From the IMG/VR virus record IMGVR_UViG_3300031994_000010, positions 96,001 to 160,000 of that record: a stretch of 64,000 nucleotides of DNA; one strand, written 5' to 3'. Below are positions 61,729 to 64,000 of this stretch, one piece after another. The translations under genes and the position numbers were made by a program. This DNA comes from a virus (Duplodnaviria > Caudoviricetes). The notes beneath the pieces are model-generated. The model had not been told where the DNA came from. It ran no database searches and saw only the letters and a list, made by a program, of their open reading frames with translations. How positions within the stretch are numbered: position 1 is the stretch's first letter; each line of letters opens with the position of its first letter.

Positions 61729-62917
61729 TCTTTATTTTATTTATTACTATTCCAGTAACAACTGGAACTTTTATCTGTGATAATTTAAAATTCTAAACCC
61801 ACTATGGAATCTATGACTTAGGAAGTTCAGCTAATCCTGTAGCGTAATCTTCCATATATCCGTTTGTCTTCACTGTATTAAAAAGATTAACCACCTAGTC
61901 GTCAGTTAAACTATTTATATAAGTATTTAATTCTTCATAAGTGGGCTAATGTCCTAACTAATCTGCTAAATATTTTCTAATCTCTGCGTTAGTAGCTCCC
62001 ATTTCTGATACTAACTTTGAATCCGCATGAGCTACTCTTCTAGGTAATAAATATGTGTCTTTAAGTAATTTACTTTGTGCTCTACTATAAGGAACTAACT
62101 ATTGATAACCGTGAGTTCCTTCATGTAAAGCAGTACTAGCAGCATCTGGTGACCAAATATCATTAAGATAGTTTCCAGAACTAGTATGGACTCCCTAAAT
62201 ATCTTCAGCTATAGGTCTATAATTTAAAGCTTCCATTTCTGCTTTAGGCATAGCCTACATATTGCTATAAGTAGTAACCGAAGGAGACTTAACTGCTTCC
62301 TATGCTTTTAAAGCTCTATTATAAGAACGTCTCGCAGTTATTCTCTATCTCCAAGGTAACTAAATTACTGCTGTAGGTTGACTTGTTCTTCCAGTAGTTA
62401 TCATCTAAGTTACTGGTTTCTAAGCAGATTGTGGTAGCCAAGACAGTTCTCTTAATACATTCTACTATATTAAATAGTTATCTGGAATCTATAAAGTTTC
62501 TGGATTATATATAAGGTTATCAGTTTGAAACTAAGCTAAAGCATCATCAGATACTTTTGTATCTACAGTATAAGCTTTACCGTCAATTCCTTTGGTAGTT
62601 CTTACTTTGTATCTTGTTTTAGCTAAAGGACGTACTACCTTAGCTAAAGGAGATAAAGCAGCTCCTTCTACTATAAATGTTCCAACTGGATCTGCTCCAG
62701 AAAGTCCTATTATTCTAGGACTAAAACTATACTAATCTTTCTTTCCCTACAACTTTTCTCTAACGGTTGTTTTCTTTCTTAATGTTGGTTTCATTTCAGA
62801 ATGAGGAAGAGTTCGGGCTTGCTATTGTTTTCTTTTCTAATATTGCTAAGCCTAAACTCCTTCTCTTCTATATTTACTACCTTGAATAGTATCTCCGTTC
62901 TATAAACGAAGTATCAT
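61721..62917 (-). CDS. code-15 zincin-like (HEGTH) protein, 398 aa
   Basis: ATG 62917 overlaps upstream TGA; about 25 TAG and no TAA/TGA until 61721; ALHEGTH...EMGATNAEIR. Confidence 0.8.
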
Positions 62918-63147
62918 AATAACAAGGCAAGAACTGCTAAGGCACAACCAATCAATCCGAAGACTGCTACTTTATCATTTACTGGATTACCAAGCATTTG
63001 ATTATTAACAATCTCTTTGGCTATAACAAAAATGGCACCAAAGATTACAGCAAACCAAATGTCAGCTAATCCAAAGTAACCAAGTAATGTCATCCCTACT
63101 CCAAACAAAAATCCTACAAAGGAATTATTCATTAAATTATTCCACAT
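62914..63147 (-). CDS. small multi-TM protein (holin-like topology)
   Basis: three hydrophobic segments in 77 aa. Confidence 0.5.
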   Translation of the reverse strand: MWNNLMNNSFVGFLFGVGMTLLGYFGLADIWFAVIFGAIFVIAKEIVNNQMLGNPVNDKVAVFGLIGCALAVLALLL

Positions 63148-63149
63148 AA

Positions 63150-63593
63150 TTAATAATACTATTTACCATTATTTGTATTTTCAGTTATCTTATTCTTTAA
63201 ATTTTTATCTACATAAATAGGAATCTTCCTACGAGGAGCACCATTCCTATTTTTTAATTTCAAGTTTAACTAATATCCTGTAAAGAAGGAAGCAATAAAA
63301 TCTACATCCATCCATTTCCCATTCTATCTAGCTCTAACAAAATCTTCACCCTAAGTCTTTTCCATATAAATCTAAGCTAAAGAATTAGGAAACTCAAAAG
63401 TAACATTGTTATCTATAATATCATTGATAACAAGTTTTACAGAATCTTTAAATATTTGAATTGCAAGGACGTCTCGATGTCTGGTATATCCCATAATATC
63501 TTGACAATCCTTGCAGTTTATTTTTAGTTTTTTTAAATTGAAATTCTCAAACAAATGTCTTAGGTGAAAAGCATGCCCTAATGCGAATCTCAT
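63150..63593 (-). CDS. code-15 hypothetical protein, 147 aa
   Basis: MRFALGHAF... continues through TAGs to TAA 63150. Confidence 0.7.
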
Positions 63594-64000
63594 TATGCTG
63601 TTTGTACTGTCCAACCATTTGGAATACCATCATTACCTGTAACATTCCATTCAGCAGCAGAATTCTTTACAAATGTACCACTTGATGCAACGCCACTTAC
63701 CCAATTGTATGTATAACTATAACTTGGTATTGTCGTGAACATTGCCTTGATATAGTTAAGACTTGTACAACGATTGAACATATAATTATAACAGCTAGCT
63801 TCCAATTTAGTAGCGGGTAATACAGGGGCTGTTGTTAGACTTGTACAATCAGAGAACATTCTGATATAACAATCATTTGCCAATGTAGTAGCAGGTAATT
63901 CAGGTGCAGTTGTAAGACCTGTACAACCACTGAACATATAATAATAACATTTTTGTGTCAATGTTGTAGCTGGTAATCTGCTTGGTGCAGTTGTAAGACT
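63593..64000 (-). CDS. LRR-type surface/tail protein (start outside window)
   Basis: repeats LTTAPELPATTLA..CY..MFSGCT. Confidence 0.8.
   Translation of the reverse strand, partial: SLTTAPSRLPATTLTQKCYYYMFSGCTGLTTAPELPATTLANDCYIRMFSDCTSLTTAPVLPATKLEASCYNYMFNRCTSLNYIKAMFTTIPSYSYTYNWVSGVASSGTFVKNSAAEWNVTGNDGIPNGWTVQTA

Noticed and set aside
60533-64000. Diversity-generating retroelement acting on LRR genes
   Set aside because: No reverse transcriptase and no template/variable repeat pair with adenine-specific differences in this window

Overview
AT-rich bacteriophage DNA, most consistent with a large crAss-like (Crassvirales) phage of Bacteroidales. No capsid or terminase gene is in the window, so the assignment is inferred from gene content. 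Layout: 1-20 kb is a minus-strand replication/nucleotide module (phosphoesterase, PD-(D/E)XK nuclease, radical SAM, Holliday junction resolvase, primase, AAA ATPase, DnaB-like and SF2 helicases, RNase H). 20-29 kb is a tRNA cluster. 29-37 kb holds mosaic accessory ORFs and a sigma-70 factor. 37-46 kb and 58-64 kb are genes that only read through if TAG = Gln (code 15). 46-56 kb holds early/accessory genes and long non-coding DNA. 56-58 kb is a short plus-strand unit with iteron-like repeats, an HTH protein and a tRNA. I count 17 tRNA genes; three are split by related group I introns. One of those, once spliced, gives an amber (CUA) suppressor with a Gln-type body, so the code switch may depend on a self-splicing event. 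Several otherwise TAG-free genes carry a single in-frame TAG near the start (e.g. codon 3 of the resolvase). Other unexplained systems: four tandem 'SDxITNSSSEVF' leader paralogs upstream of a radical SAM enzyme, and a five-unit covarying hairpin array downstream of a TerD-like-domain gene. All calls are by eye; no database searches were run.
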